This document shows, piece by piece, positions 9,156 through 21,483 of a stretch of 64,000 bases of DNA (position 1 is the stretch's first letter; each line of letters starts with the position of its first letter). Made by a program: the position numbers and the translations under genes. This DNA is from a virus. The notes under the pieces were generated by a model that had not been told where the DNA came from, made no database searches, and worked only from the letters and a program-made list of their open reading frames with translations. The DNA is taken from positions 4,566 to 68,565 of the IMG/VR virus record IMGVR_UViG_3300049827_000246; one strand, written 5' to 3'.

Positions 9156-9605
9156 TCAGAGAAAGGACACCGAGGAGAACCCTTCATTACCTATACCCTG
9201 CTTACTCCCGGCCAACTCCTCGTGCATCCTTCGGATAACATGCTCGGGCACCTGGCGGGACCGTTGCCTATTTTGCTGCAGACAGACTGCTAAGGGTCGG
9301 TCCACAACGATTGCGTGAATGTCCGTGTAACCGTAAGACCGCAGCAACGTCAGCGTCTCAGCCCGATAATCCGGGCGGCAATGAGTGCCGTCAACCACAA
9401 TACTACGATAACAGTTCTCAGCAACCAGCTCGTCCATACGACTCCATATTTCATCCCATGATCCCTGAATCGAGGCGTCCCCGTAAAATTCAGAGCGAAT
9501 GTCGTCACCGGAGATAATAACAGCATGGTGTTCTTTTGCCAGTTTACGAGAATGGGTGGTTTTGCCGGCTCCCGGGGGGCCGACCATCACAAACGCTTGG
9601 GTCAT
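9156..9605 (-). CDS. Polynucleotide-kinase-like P-loop kinase (AAA_33 type)
   Basis: VGPPGAGKTT, ISGDDIR, VVDGT, lid CLQQNRQRSRQVPEHVI. Confidence 0.82.
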   Translation of the reverse strand: MTQAFVMVGPPGAGKTTHSRKLAKEHHAVIISGDDIRSEFYGDASIQGSWDEIWSRMDELVAENCYRSIVVDGTHCRPDYRAETLTLLRSYGYTDIHAIVVDRPLAVCLQQNRQRSRQVPEHVIRRMHEELAGSKQGIGNEGFSSVSFL

Positions 9606-9844
9606 TGGTTTTTGAAGAAACGGTAGGAGTCGAGCCAATCTTGCAGGCTGTCATCCTCGATAACTACTTTTGAAAGGTAGTCTTCAATAACAAAGGCAGC
9701 CTCATTGAGATCCATCTCAGTGGGATTAACAGGCCACTGGTAGTGAATCCCTGGGTGCTTCTTCAGGGTCGTACGCAAACCATCGAGCAACTTCGAGAAA
9801 CTCTTCATCGGAAGCAAGCAGTTAAGGGACTATACCCCCGAAGC

Positions 9845-9870
9845 AAAAAGCCGGCCCTTGCGAGCCGGCT
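9845..9870 (-). terminator. Rho-independent terminator
   Basis: AGCCGGC...GCCGGCT hairpin followed by a T-run on the minus strand. Confidence 0.7.
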
Positions 9871-9890
9871 GCTTTTCAACGTTGCTGCGT

Positions 9891-10355
9891 TCAGAAGCAA
9901 CGCTTATCTGCAAACGCGCGAGCAAGCAGATAGTTACCTGCGAGGACCATGCGATCCAGGGCTTCAGCGTCTACACGATTAATGGAACGTTTGTGGATGA
10001 TGCGATTGGTTTCTTCCAGAAGAACCGCAAGATTTGAAGCATTGTTAACCTTGCTAATTTGGGAAGCCCGGCTCACAGGAACCAGGTGGCAAACATTCCG
10101 CTTGCGGCCATCAACACTTTCTAGCTGCATTGCGACCTCGCTCATACGGGCGATTTGAACCAGCTCAGGGGCTGAGTTGTGCTCGACGAATTTGTGCAGC
10201 TTGCGATAAGGCTCGTTCGGGTTACCGTTGCAATGACGGCCAAGGCGAACAACAAGGCTGTCGCCATATGCACTAACTTTGGAGAACTCTTGAGAAGCTT
10301 TGCGCATCTTGCTGAAGTTGCGGGCTTGCTGAGCCTGAGCTTTGGAGTTAAGCAT
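9891..10355 (-). CDS. HNH-like protein
   Basis: CHLVPVS...NNASNLAVL...N resembles an HNH core. Confidence 0.45.
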   Translation of the reverse strand: MLNSKAQAQQARNFSKMRKASQEFSKVSAYGDSLVVRLGRHCNGNPNEPYRKLHKFVEHNSAPELVQIARMSEVAMQLESVDGRKRNVCHLVPVSRASQISKVNNASNLAVLLEETNRIIHKRSINRVDAEALDRMVLAGNYLLARAFADKRCF

Positions 10356-10457
10356 CGTTCGGTTTGAGAAAGAAAGTTGTTTTTGGCCGAGTGAACCACC
10401 CGGTTGAGCTAACTATAGCTTGCTGGGCGGAGTGAGGAAACCCTTGAAGAGGTAGGG

Positions 10458-12232
10458 TTAACCGCCCTTTTCCTCCAGATGTTCGTTACCACAGTCCAAG
10501 AAGTAATGCCACTGCTGTGAGGGGTCAGTGTAGCGAACGATCGCACAGGTGCCGTAGTGGTCGACAACCTTAAACTTTTCCCGAGGTTTCTCATCAAAGG
10601 TGCCGAAGAAGGCAACAAACATTAGCAACCCTGCCACAACTGCACCAGCGAAGGCAGTCCCACGGGCAAATTTATTAAAGGCTTCCTTGTCAGTCATTGC
10701 GTGAATTTGCGCCGTGGATTGCGTAGTTAAAGACCAAAGCTAACAGTGCCAAAATTAGCCAAGAGGATAAGACTAAAGTCATCGTCCCGTAACCTCAACA
10801 AAATCTATAAGTCGTCCACACTTAAAGTGGATCTTCAATCGTGGCCAATCCTCCCACTTGCCGTCCCATTGTCCCGGATAGATTTCGACATACTTGGTAA
10901 TGGGGCAAACTCGCCATTTGCCATGAACACCGGTCGGAACCCACTCGTGATTCAACCACTTGAACTTCGGGTCGTAACGAGGGTCGTCCTCGTCGAAGAC
11001 TTCAAAGGTGTGGGTGCCCACGTAGGTACCAACCCAAAGGTATCCAGCGGGATCAATCCAATAGTTGGACATTGTCCCGCCGTATCCTTCCTCGATGTCC
11101 TTCGTTTGGTTCAGTCCCATAAAGGAGTCCGGGAGCGGATAGCTGCTTTTGACCCAGTCAAACATTGACATGGCTACACCTCGTCATCGAACGAAAAGTA
11201 TTCGTAAATTTCACCCATGACGCAATCCTGTATATGACCCAGGATAGCTTCTTCTTCGGGTTTTTCAACATGTTTGTGTGCCCGTCGGTATCCACGTCGG
11301 ACACCGTCCTCAATAGCACGGTCAAGAATCGCTGCGTATTTTACTTTCATTGTATTGCTCCGTGGTGATGGGTTCGTCAAGTTTGATTTGAGGTCCAGTG
11401 TCCGTCAGATGCCAGTATAGGTGCTTTGCGAAGATCTTGTAAGCTTCACCTTGGCCTTCAATCGCAGAAGTTACCGCAACTTGCCAAAGGATGCGCAGGT
11501 GCTGGTCGTCAGGTAGTTCTTTCATTGTTTCAACGGAATAAACACTAACTCGAACAACTCGTTGTTGTCGTTACAGTATAGCAATTTCGCATCAGCGTCA
11601 TCGGGCATAACCCAAAGTAACTGATTGCGAAGGTCGTCGGATTTCTCAACATTAGGCACTCTCTTGCCCCTCCTCAATCTGAAAGTGCCACCGTCGGGCA
11701 AACCACGGTGATTCAGAGAGATTCCCCTTGCCCCGTCAAACCCTGCTTGTGTGGGAGTCATTCTGCCGCCAGCCTTTTCATACCTTCATCGTTATTATTA
11801 TACAGGTTGTCAAGAGCCTGTAAAGCGTTACTTTCGGGGCCCTCTGGTGCTTCCACACAAACAACCTCCCACCCCTTATTCACATAGAGGCAACCATCAT
11901 CCTCATTCAGCCAGAAATCACCTTGCTTTGGCATCTTTTCCACGGCAGCCTCGCCGAGTCTGTTGGCAAGGCGAAGCAACTCCGAATTCTTTGCGTCAGG
12001 GATTTCCTCTGCGAGGATTCTGAATAAGGCGATGTTGAGAGAATCGTAGTTAAACATTGGGTTCGGTTCCTGAGTGTAGGATCTTGATCATTTTATCATA
12101 GTACTCATCGGCTTGGATCTCACATAGGTGGGAATCGGTGGGATCCTCAATGTCCCATTGTTTCATGTTGAGACAATGAATTACCTCGCTCAGGAGCTCT
12201 TCCAATGCTTCGACTTTTTGGGCGTCAGTCAT
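10458..12232 (-). other. Array of short, translationally coupled hypothetical ORFs
   Basis: ORFs 10458-10697, 10779-11171, 11322-11525, 11522-11761, 11758-12057 and 12050-12232, abutting or overlapping. Confidence 0.7.
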
Positions 12233-15200
12233 CGCAGTTTCTCCCTAATCATTCGGATACACTCATTCCACTTATAACTGTTAGTTTCGTGTTCTGTCGG
12301 CAACCATTTTTCAATTCTGCATACAAGGTCTTCAACACAAGTTGGAATATCTAAATCAATATTATCTGTGACTGAATCCAAAGACCATTGAGCAATCACA
12401 TCATAAAGAGTTGGTGATTTAGTAGACGAAACCACACCTTGCTTGACTGCTTCACGAAATGCTTCTTTTAATCCATCAGCAACTTGCTCTGGTGTTTGTG
12501 GAGTTGGTTGATATTCAGTCATCAGAACCTCTCCTTCACTTCTTTGAGTGCGGTATTATATCCTTGAAGAACATCAGAGTGATACTTATTCTCCATAGGT
12601 TCTGGAAGATTATCTTTAATCAAATCCATAACCCTATCAGTCAGTTCATCACAATCAAGAGTATCATTCAGTTTGGTTTTTAGCAAGTCCCAAAGTTTAT
12701 TATAAAAACTTTTGGGTTGTTCTACTTTTTGATACTTTTCTCCGTGATAGTAAATATGATCATCATATTTGAGAATAAGTGAAGGATCAATTTCAGTCAT
12801 TTTTAGTTCCACCAAAGTAATGAAGTCCGTTCAGAGTTTCGTATTTAATCAGTTCCTCAAAGCATTCTCCAAGTGAGATTGCCACACCTTCATAGTCATC
12901 AATGCCATCAGGACCAGTCCAGAGTTTCCAGACATAATGTTCCGTAGATGGACTGTAGTTAATTTCAACTCTCATTTTGTTCAATCCCCACTTCAAGTCC
13001 TTCCATTCTTCCCATATTATACGATACAACGAAAGCAGAATGCAACCACTTATACATCAAATCCTTACGAGTATTCACATCCTGAACTTCACAATCACCA
13101 AAGAACCACTCACAACGGAATGTAAAGTTACCATACTCTCCGTTGAACCATTTTTGAAATTCAACTTCGGCAGTTTCTTCCCATTCCCATTCTGATGTAG
13201 GATGTTTAGTCATCGGTCTTCATTATAAAATACAAATCCTGTTGCTGTTTTTTCGCAGTAGTAATAATACTCCTGAAATACACCATTCATAAAGTCTTCA
13301 AGTGTTTCCAGTTCATCACTACCAGTTGAATGATAACATTCTAACACAAAATCCTGATACTCACCAACAAAACCACAACACCTATCACCAAACTTTGATA
13401 CATTCTTATCTGGGAACAATTCGTAGTATGTGTCTAATACTTCCTGTCCGTATTCTTCTAGGATTTCTTCAAGCGTCATAAGGTTGTTGTGGGTCTAATT
13501 TCCAAACTTCTTTGTATGTAATCCACTTTTCCACACCAGTTTCCTGTTGTGCCATCCAATGTTGTCCGTATTGGTCAACACCATCCAAGTAATGAATACC
13601 AGTTTTGGGACAGATTACTCTGGATACTTGTTCAAATTTTACTTTGTTAGTCATTCCTCATCCTCCATCTCAACACTCATATCATAATAAGGTCCTGGTT
13701 GTCCTCCCATACTATAGCACCAATTACAAAACTCCATAGTTTCAATCATATCCACATCCCAATTACAACACTCCACAGCAGTATGAAGAGTTGATAGAAA
13801 CTCTGGGGTGAGAAGTTCTTTGAGTTCTTGTTTAGTCATAAGTCATCCTCAACAGGGTTATACGCATAAGAAAATTCTCCATCAGTATAACCACAAGCAT
13901 AACCAAGTTCATACCCATTTTTCCTGATTTCTCGGGCAAACTTCAAGAGTTGTTCTTCCCAACACTCCCAGTAATCAGTTTGTGTCCCATCATCTTTTTC
14001 GCCCGTGAAATCATCAAATCCACAGGTTTTAGCAAGTTCAAGGATTTGTTCGGTAGTCATTCTACTACATCAATAAGTTTGTTATACATCCAAGAGATTA
14101 CGAGTGCTTGTGCCCAAGTAAGAGGAAAGAAAGACACAAGTGCCCAACCCAATAATCCTACAACAATATAAAATCCAATTGTTTCACCAATCTCTTGTTT
14201 AGTCATTTTACCCCAAGTAATTCCTTTTCTTCATCAGTCAAACGATCAATCAGTTCTTGTCGTTTTTGTTCTTTGATTTCCTTTTTTCGTTTGTCTTCCA
14301 ACATTTCATCAAGAACACTCACCATAACATCATAACAATAACTTCCTTTATACAAATCACTCTCACCTCTTTGAGTGATGACTACTGTTTCATCAAAGAT
14401 TTCTGAAGAGAACAGTTCAAAGATACGAATTACATAATCACCACCTTTGTCTTCATGAACCTTAACACTCAATCCAAGTTCATTTGCTTTGGTGAAGAGT
14501 TTGAGAAGTTCAGTTGTTTTGATTTTAAGAAGTTCAGTTGTTTTGGTAGTCATTTCAGGTTCTCCAAAGCATCAATAAAATATTCTACACAATCTTTAGG
14601 AATACGAAATTCTGTTATTTTTGAAAGTGTTTCTTCAAAATAAACAATTTTTACAAAATCTACTTCTTCCCAAAATTGAAAACTCCAACCATCTTCTTCA
14701 TTTTGAATGATTTGTTGTTTTTTGATGTTGTATTTCATTTAGTTTTTACACCTCTTCAAGTTCTGCTTTCATTTGTTTGAGATTGTCTCCTGCCCAAATG
14801 TCAAGAGTTCTGTCGGCAAGTTTAACTGCTTCCCAGAGTTTAGGATAGTTCCTCCAATCCACTACATCCTCATCAATCGCAATCAGCAACTCAAGAATAC
14901 AGAGTTTGTAAAGTTTTTCTTGGTCAGTCATTTCAGTTTCCTCAAAATTGGTGTTCAATTTCTTCTTCTGTTGCGATCTCTACAATAGGATAACTCACAT
15001 CCTCATAACCATACAATTCAAAACCCCTAATCAGGTCTGTAACAAGATTATCACACAGATAATCAGCAAAAATGTTAGGGTCAAGTTCTCCCTCATCTGT
15101 AAGCATATCATCATCCTTATGCTTTTCAGGGTCAAACCTAATATAAAAAGTTACTTTATAACCTTTTAGATTTTTTAGATTATCTTTGTGTTTTTGTTCT

Positions 15201-15281
15201 TCCTTATGTTTTTGGATTTGAAGTTCAAGTTCGTTGATTTGGTCTTCGGTCAGTTGAGAGAGGTCAATCATTAGGTTTCTG

Positions 15282-15923
15282 TGTGTATGAGAGTATTATA
15301 TCAAATGGAATGAGGAAAACTTATTTCAGTCCAAGGAAGAGTTTTCAGTTCTTCATATGTAAATTGAATACCATCATCAAGTCGTGCTTCATTTTTATAG
15401 AGATAAAACTGCTTGAAATTCACAACAGTTCCTCTCAAATCACCATCCCCATCTACTTGATAAACAAGAACATCACAATACTTATTCCTATCATAAGTCA
15501 GGATTGTTGCCTTACGAATAGGTGCTTTTTCTCCCTCAACATCACCATAAGATGGAATGGGATAATCAGTAAAGGCATCAAGCATTTGGAGTTCCTTTGT
15601 GTATGAGAGTATTATAAGGCATCCACAGAGTCTGTGGTGAGGTGTTGTGCCAGTTTAGAAAGTGTCTTGGAGTTTTATTTGGGCATTATTCCAACGGCAT
15701 ATCGCACGATGTCTTGTGGAACACTCTTTGGTTGATGTATGGTTATTATCGCACATCACCTTCCACATATCACGAAAATCCCAATCAATACATTTTGCTT
15801 CTGCACCACACTTTGCACAAGGAACGATGGGTGGAGTTTTAATTTTCTGTGCCATCAGGTGTCTGTGTGTATGAGAGTATTATAAGGCATCCAGAGGCAC
15901 CCAGAGCATCCCCTGTGCCAGTT
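15282..15923 (-). promoter_or_regulatory. Three copies of island-specific promoter TATAATACTCTCATACACA
   Basis: Copies start at 15282, 15598 and 15866. The latter two are identical over 28 bp and both have an upstream AACTGGCACA (15646-15655, 15914-15923). Confidence 0.8.
15655..15855 (-). CDS. Lar-like (restriction alleviation) zinc-finger protein
   Basis: PCAKCG...MCDNNH...AICRWN pattern. Confidence 0.5.
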   Translation of the reverse strand: MAQKIKTPPIVPCAKCGAEAKCIDWDFRDMWKVMCDNNHTSTKECSTRHRAICRWNNAQIKLQDTF

Positions 15924-17457
15924 CTTCAAGTGTCCTCACACCGATGTAATGGAACACGAAGAAACTGAAAGAACCTTCCAATATATCCTATCTGTGCTCC
16001 GCATTTAGGACAACAATATGATGGGTGGGTCATTTCGGCAAACACAAGTGAGCATAAGTTCCTCCATAAAATCCACTAATCCACTTACCACCTTCTTTCA
16101 AACATTCTGTTTTTTGATAATCAGTAATAAATCCATAAAGAATTGCGAAAAGTAGAAATAATCCAGAAATAATCAAGAATGATTGTAGATTTTCTTTGTT
16201 CATTTCTCCTCCACCCAGTTACAATCAAAAAATACTTTCGTCCAGAACCTCACCCAAGCATTAGGAACTTTACCTTCTTGTGGTGTCCAAGTGATAGGAG
16301 AAAATGAGGTATCACCACCAAACATATAACAAGTCCAATTGGATAGTTTTGGTTGATGAATAGAAAATTTATTGTCGGTTGAAATAATCACATAAGGAAT
16401 TTCTTGTTCTTCAGTCATACTTCCCCTTCTTTACATCATTAAACCATAATCCTTCAAGAAGACGATGAGTTTCACCATCAGTAATACGAACTAACTTCAA
16501 ATCCAAGCAGTTCTCATCACTAATTCTCCTATACCAATAAATCTCATCAGGAAACTCAAAACGATAATAACTTTGTTTATTATAAGAGACAACCTCAAAC
16601 TTACCACCAAAATCAAACTCCATTCTTGGTTGAGATTTATGTTTCTCAATCTCTTCCAGAAGGGCAAGTTTCTTTTCAAGAACTTTGATTTCTCTTTTTA
16701 CTTTTACAATATCGGGTTTGAAAGTCATATGTTCCAGATAAGGGGTAGCATCCATCACACCATCTTTGATTGCTTGTCTAAAAGCATTACGCAGACCTTC
16801 ATCTACTTGCTCTGGTGTTTGTGGAGTTGGTTGAAAGTCAGTCATTTTAACCTCAACTTTAATTTTTCAACACAATCATTCCATCCTTGATTATATCCCA
16901 TTTCATCTTCTTCAAATTCTAACTCATCAGGCAACCATCCAACAATCTTATCCAGAAGTTCATCACAAGTTGAGGAAGTTTCATCATCACCCCACCACTC
17001 ACGGACAATATCCAAAAGTATCGGTGGTTTTGGTTCCTCTACTTTTTGATACTTCACACCATCAATCATTATGGTTTCTTCATCAAGTTTTTGATAAACT
17101 CTCATAGTATAATCCATAGCAGAACCTCCGTATTTTTTTCGTTCTACGATGATTTCTGGTTCAGTCATTTCAGTTCTTCCTCAACTTTTCATAAGCAACA
17201 TTTAACTGTCTTCGCACACTATTCAATTCACTTAAAGATGCAGATTGTGATTGAAGAACATCAAACTTCTTATGCAATTCATCAATTTCAGATTGAATTT
17301 TTTGGGTGTCAGTCATTTGCCTTCTCCAGAGCATTACGAGCACGGTCAGCGATCAGCCTGAGGCTAATCCGAGGATCAATGTAAGAGTGTGGTGTCCAAG
17401 TGTCGCACCAAGTATCAAGATCTTGGATGATTCTTTTGAGTGCGGATTGGGTTTTAG

Positions 17458-18033
17458 TCATTGTGCCAACTCCTTCAGATTGAGACGTTTGGCGTTAGCG
17501 TCATAGTGACAGAAACCTGAGTTAGTTCCCTGGTACATCCTGGTGGGGTTTAGGGCGTGCTTGTCAGCACGGTTAAACGCATACTTTTTGAGTTCCTTTA
17601 GGGCACGGGAGCATTCGTCATAAGTAAGGTTGAGGTCGGTATCAACACGCCAGAGCAGACGGTAGCTTTGACCGCCGTTGGAAGGGTTGTTGCTAAAAGT
17701 AAAATACGCTAGCCAGGGGCGAAGACCTTTGTGCGTAAGCCAACCGATCATATCGTCAACTGAGACGTCGCACACGTCAAAGTCGAGACCAGCGAGGGTT
17801 TGCGTACGCCAAACGAGTTTTTCGAACTGGAGTTCTTGCAGGTCACGCCCATCCATCAATGCTTGATAAAAGGGACAACCCTGCTCGGTAACTGCACGCA
17901 CGAAATCAACTTCGCTCACGCAGGACCAAGGGGACATAATCATTTGTTCCCGCAACTTGCCATACTCCTGCAAGGAGCCAGGCTTGGAGGTGCGAGGGGC
18001 ACCGAGGTGACAGAGGATTGAGTCGTTTTTCAT
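17458..18033 (-). CDS. Primase-polymerase (AEP-like) domain protein
   Basis: LDFD, YFTFS, YRLLW and D....PTRMYQG motifs. Confidence 0.5.
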   Translation of the reverse strand: MKNDSILCHLGAPRTSKPGSLQEYGKLREQMIMSPWSCVSEVDFVRAVTEQGCPFYQALMDGRDLQELQFEKLVWRTQTLAGLDFDVCDVSVDDMIGWLTHKGLRPWLAYFTFSNNPSNGGQSYRLLWRVDTDLNLTYDECSRALKELKKYAFNRADKHALNPTRMYQGTNSGFCHYDANAKRLNLKELAQ

Positions 18034-18039
18034 ACTTCT

Positions 18040-18107
18040 AATATAGCAGAAAACGGTCCCCACGTAAAGCGTGGAAACCGTCATCTGAGGTACGGCAAAC
18101 CGTACCT
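18040..18107 (-). promoter_or_regulatory. Promoter with two tandem palindromic boxes
   Basis: AGGTACGGTTTGCCGTACCT plus a second box, then TTTACG...TATATT; ATG lies 7 nt downstream. Confidence 0.65.
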
Positions 18108-18515
18108 ATGTCAGAGGGTCCTAGAAGGACCTACAAGGAGCGTTAGGCTCAGGCGGGCACAGCCTCACCTTCGGGTGCCTCGGCGGCCTCAGGAGCCGGA
18201 GGAACCTCCAGTGAGAAGGCTTCGAGGATGTCGGTATAGCCGGCTTGGCTAATCGAGCGCACAACGTCGGCGTCACTCAGGTTGGCAATGGCAGCGTTTA
18301 CGGCTTCTGAGTAAACGCGGAGCAGCTCCCTGCAGGGTGCATTTTCTATGACGCGAGCGGTGAGAACTTGGACGACTTCGTTGCGGTTCTCAATGGTGTA
18401 GTCAGACATAATAGACAGGTATAAAGGACGAGAGTGAAAAACTTGTGAGCGAACCATCTCTCTGCTGTTCGCTGGTGCTATTATAGCATTTCGGCAGGAA
18501 AGTAAACTTTTACCG

Positions 18516-19124
18516 CTATGTAAAAATACCTCCGGAGGGAGATTTCCGGGTATACACCTCCCCGTGGTAGTATTTTTTGATGAATCTGCGGGCTTGGGTG
18601 TGAGTAACACCGAGAGCTTTCGCGACTTTTTCAACCCACCCGAACACAGTCAAGTCGATTTTAGATATCACTTGAAGTCTCTCGTTTATTTCGCTTTCAT
18701 TGAAGCCTCGATGATTCATTGAGGGCTGTGTCTTTCGCTTATCCGGATTTTCGTTGAAAACCTTTATCGCTTTTCTTCCATTTCTTTTTATTATCTTAAG
18801 TGCTTCTTCTTCTCCATATTTATCTATAGTTCTTTTGTAAGGATTTGAATGAGTTCCATTCTCTTTCTGATCTAAAATGTTGTCTGCATCCGTACCCCAA
18901 TAAAGGTGGCGCGGGTTTGAACATTTTCCGTTGTGACATGCGTGGCACAAACAAACTCTGCCCTCCTGCAGAGTACCAGGCAGGTCCGTATTTAAGAACT
19001 GCGCTAAAACTCCCTTATGAACAGTAGAATTCCCTCCCCTCTCAAGGCAGTTTTCTGATAAATCCAGGTGAGATCTACGCTCTTCTCTGGGTAAAGAGAG
19101 GTATTTCCAATCTACTGTAATCAT
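18516..19124 (-). CDS. HNH homing endonuclease
   Basis: CLCHACHNGKCSNPRHLYWGTDADN; the ATG overlaps the last base of tRNA-Leu. Confidence 0.85.
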   Translation of the reverse strand: MITVDWKYLSLPREERRSHLDLSENCLERGGNSTVHKGVLAQFLNTDLPGTLQEGRVCLCHACHNGKCSNPRHLYWGTDADNILDQKENGTHSNPYKRTIDKYGEEEALKIIKRNGRKAIKVFNENPDKRKTQPSMNHRGFNESEINERLQVISKIDLTVFGWVEKVAKALGVTHTQARRFIKKYYHGEVYTRKSPSGGIFT

Positions 19125-19205
19125 AGGGGTGACAAGAATCGAACTTGCAAGGGCACTGCCCGAGACGTTTTAAGCGTCTTGTGGTTACCATTTCACCACA
19201 CCCCC
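19124..19205 (-). tRNA. tRNA-Leu(UAA)
   Basis: Cloverleaf with GGGGGTG acceptor, anticodon arm AGACG-CTTAAAA-CGTCT, long variable arm and TTCGATT T-loop. Confidence 0.92.
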
Positions 19206-19238
19206 TCAGTATAAGTAGTTTACACTCCAGTAAACTAG

Positions 19239-19311
19239 TGCCCCGTATTGGGATCGAACCAATCTCGAGCGGCTTATGAGGCCGACGCTTTCACCAGATA
19301 GCTAACGGGGC
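19239..19311 (-). tRNA. tRNA with CAU anticodon (Met or Ile2)
   Basis: GCCCCGT/ACGGGGC acceptor, loop CTCATAA, TTCGATC T-loop. Confidence 0.88.
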
Positions 19312-19319
19312 ATGCTCAC

Positions 19320-19592
19320 TCACGGCAACCTGTTGTAAACGCCTAAGAACCGTGCGCGGAGACGGACGTCAAGTACCGGAATCTCAGGGCTTTTAGCCGC
19401 TTGGTCCAGATTCTTTTTGGAATCCCAGTAAATACGGATATCCACGCGACCTGTAGGGTAACGTTGGTATTGCTTTCGAAGGTACCCCCTCTGCTGCTGC
19501 AGCCAAGGCTCCCAGATTGCAGTGTCAGCCGCAATGAAATCATCTACCCTGTCTTTGGGGGAAACCAAAAACGAAAGCCGTTCAATCTCCAC
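19320..19592 (-). CDS. TIGR03792-like cyanobacterial ABM-fold protein
   Basis: IERLSF...FIAADTAIWEPWLQQQRGYLRK pattern. Confidence 0.55.
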   Translation of the reverse strand: MEIERLSFLVSPKDRVDDFIAADTAIWEPWLQQQRGYLRKQYQRYPTGRVDIRIYWDSKKNLDQAAKSPEIPVLDVRLRARFLGVYNRLP

Positions 19593-19851
19593 GTTTCCAT
19601 TCCTCCCATTTGTCGATAGGGCATTTCATGTTAGCCATTGTCGTCTTGAGGGGCAGATAGCACCCACATATCTCGCAAATTTTACTGTCTGCTTGATACC
19701 TATCACAAGATTCGCAAATTGCCAGCCTCTCAGCAGCAACTGCTCTTGGGGCAACAGTCGGGTCCGCCAGAAGGCGGGCAGCAGTGTCTTTGATGCTCGC
19801 CGCAAACGACCTGCGGCAGCACTCAGGTGTTACTTCTTTTTCGCTCCCCAC
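19582..19851 (-). CDS. Zinc-finger protein (DUF6171-like)
   Basis: RLAICESC...CEICGCYL..K......CPIDKW. Confidence 0.65.
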   Translation of the reverse strand: MGSEKEVTPECCRRSFAASIKDTAARLLADPTVAPRAVAAERLAICESCDRYQADSKICEICGCYLPLKTTMANMKCPIDKWEEWKRGD

Positions 19852-21114
19852 GCTTCCTTCCTCCGTTTTTCGTTAGCGGGGTCACATCCCTTTCCATACT
19901 CCATAGGTTGCACACCTGCCCAGTCGTTTGGGCGGTCCTCAATAAGTCGCATGGACTCAGTATAGTCGACGTTTTCGGTGGCAGAACCGTCACGCCAGCG
20001 AACGCGAAAAAGACTCAGTCCCACAGTCTGTCGAGGCAATGGAAATGCGACACTATTATATACTCCTCAGCGTGACGGTAAACCGACGGGAGTTTTCCAA
20101 AATCACGGTAGTATTCAAGTTCGGTGATGATTGCGCGAGTGACCGTGGAATCTGCGATGAACTCCCTAAAATGGAAAGTATCAAACTTCTCAATGTAGAC
20201 AAACGGCGACTCGTTATGTGTCCACGCTCTCCCATAGTCATACCCATTCTTAAAGGTAAGATCCCAGTTTCTTAGCGACTCCTCATAATCTTCAGGGCTC
20301 TTGATCGTAAGAACCTGGCGATACTCCTCGCATTCCGCTCTGGTTCTCTCATAGAGATGTTCATCATCCGTGATGCGAAACGTTGCGTTGCAGATGCAAT
20401 ATGGAACATCTTGCGTCCACATGTTGCCCTCGGGGGTAACCCTGTAGTCGACGCGTAGGCTTGTTATAGTTAGAGTCATTGCAGGTGTTCACGACAGAAG
20501 ACGAAACGTTGCCACTCCTCATCCGTAAAGTTGTCGCTGGCATAAGGAATACCAACAACGTAAGCACAAAATTTGTTGATTTCCTCGGATTGTTGGGAGG
20601 ATGCGATCAGGGCGCTTGCAAGTAGCTCGATCATTGTTTGATGAGAAGTTCTTGGTTCTTTATCTGACAGAGTTCCTTCAAGGCATCCCCACTCAGGAAC
20701 ACATCCATCCTGGAGTAGTTCGTTCCGCATTGCTCGTTGAGTGCTTTACGTGTAACTCCCGCTCCACTGTAGTAGATGACCGGTAGGCTGACAAGGGTTC
20801 CCATAACAGCCAGGGACATGATCGCCATGGTAGTGCTGAGTACGATTTCTTCAAGTCGTTGCATGGTTGTTTCCTCTTGTTTGATGTTAGCGGACACAAT
20901 AACCTTTGGAGCTAACCCACCCCAAGGGGCACGGGCCTCCACCATTGTAAAACACTTGGGTGTTCCCCACGGGTACGCAAGAGTTTCCACTGGTAACAGT
21001 CCCCGTAGGACACTGCCCTTGGCGGTAGACTGGGGTGCTTTGGGCCAGGGCTGGTGACGAAAGCAGCAAAGTAAAGAGTAGGAACCGCATGGGATAGAAG
21101 CTTGCGACTCCCTT

Positions 21115-21159
21115 ACTATAGCCTGCCTGAAGCCCAGTGAAAGGGGCGGTTAACCGGCC
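21115..21159 (-). promoter_or_regulatory. Sigma70-like promoter with palindromic box
   Basis: GGCCGGTTAACCGCCC...TATAGT, upstream of a small signal-peptide ORF (ATG 21090). Confidence 0.7.
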
Positions 21160-21483
21160 TCTTCCCACTCAGGCGCATAACGTTCCCCGTACTCGCAGAG
21201 TTCCCAGTCGGACACCCCCAAAAGGTCGTCGTAAAAGGAATCCCAGACGAATTGCCGCAAGTCCTCGAACGTCATCTCACGAATCATGCCATCAACAATA
21301 GCACTTGTGAGTTCTTCTCTCAATTCTTCGTTCAAATTCCTTGCTCCTTTAACTGTACATAAATGTCATCAATACTGATTTCGCCAGCGATGTAGCGCTG
21401 GGCGAGGCCAATTTGCTGCAAGTAGAGAACCTCGTCCATCGAGAAGACGGTGTCAAGGTAGTGTTCTCGTGATTCTTCGGGAG

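Larger units (their letters stand above)
12229..17315 (-). other. AT-rich island of about 22 small early-type ORFs
   Basis: Visible abrupt drop in GC; ORFs mostly start MT- and overlap via ATGA; it carries its own repeated promoter. Confidence 0.8.

Noticed and set aside
15282-15923. CRISPR-like repeats
   Set aside because: Spacing is about 270-320 bp with whole ORFs between; the repeats contain TATAAT and are better explained as promoters. No cas genes are present.
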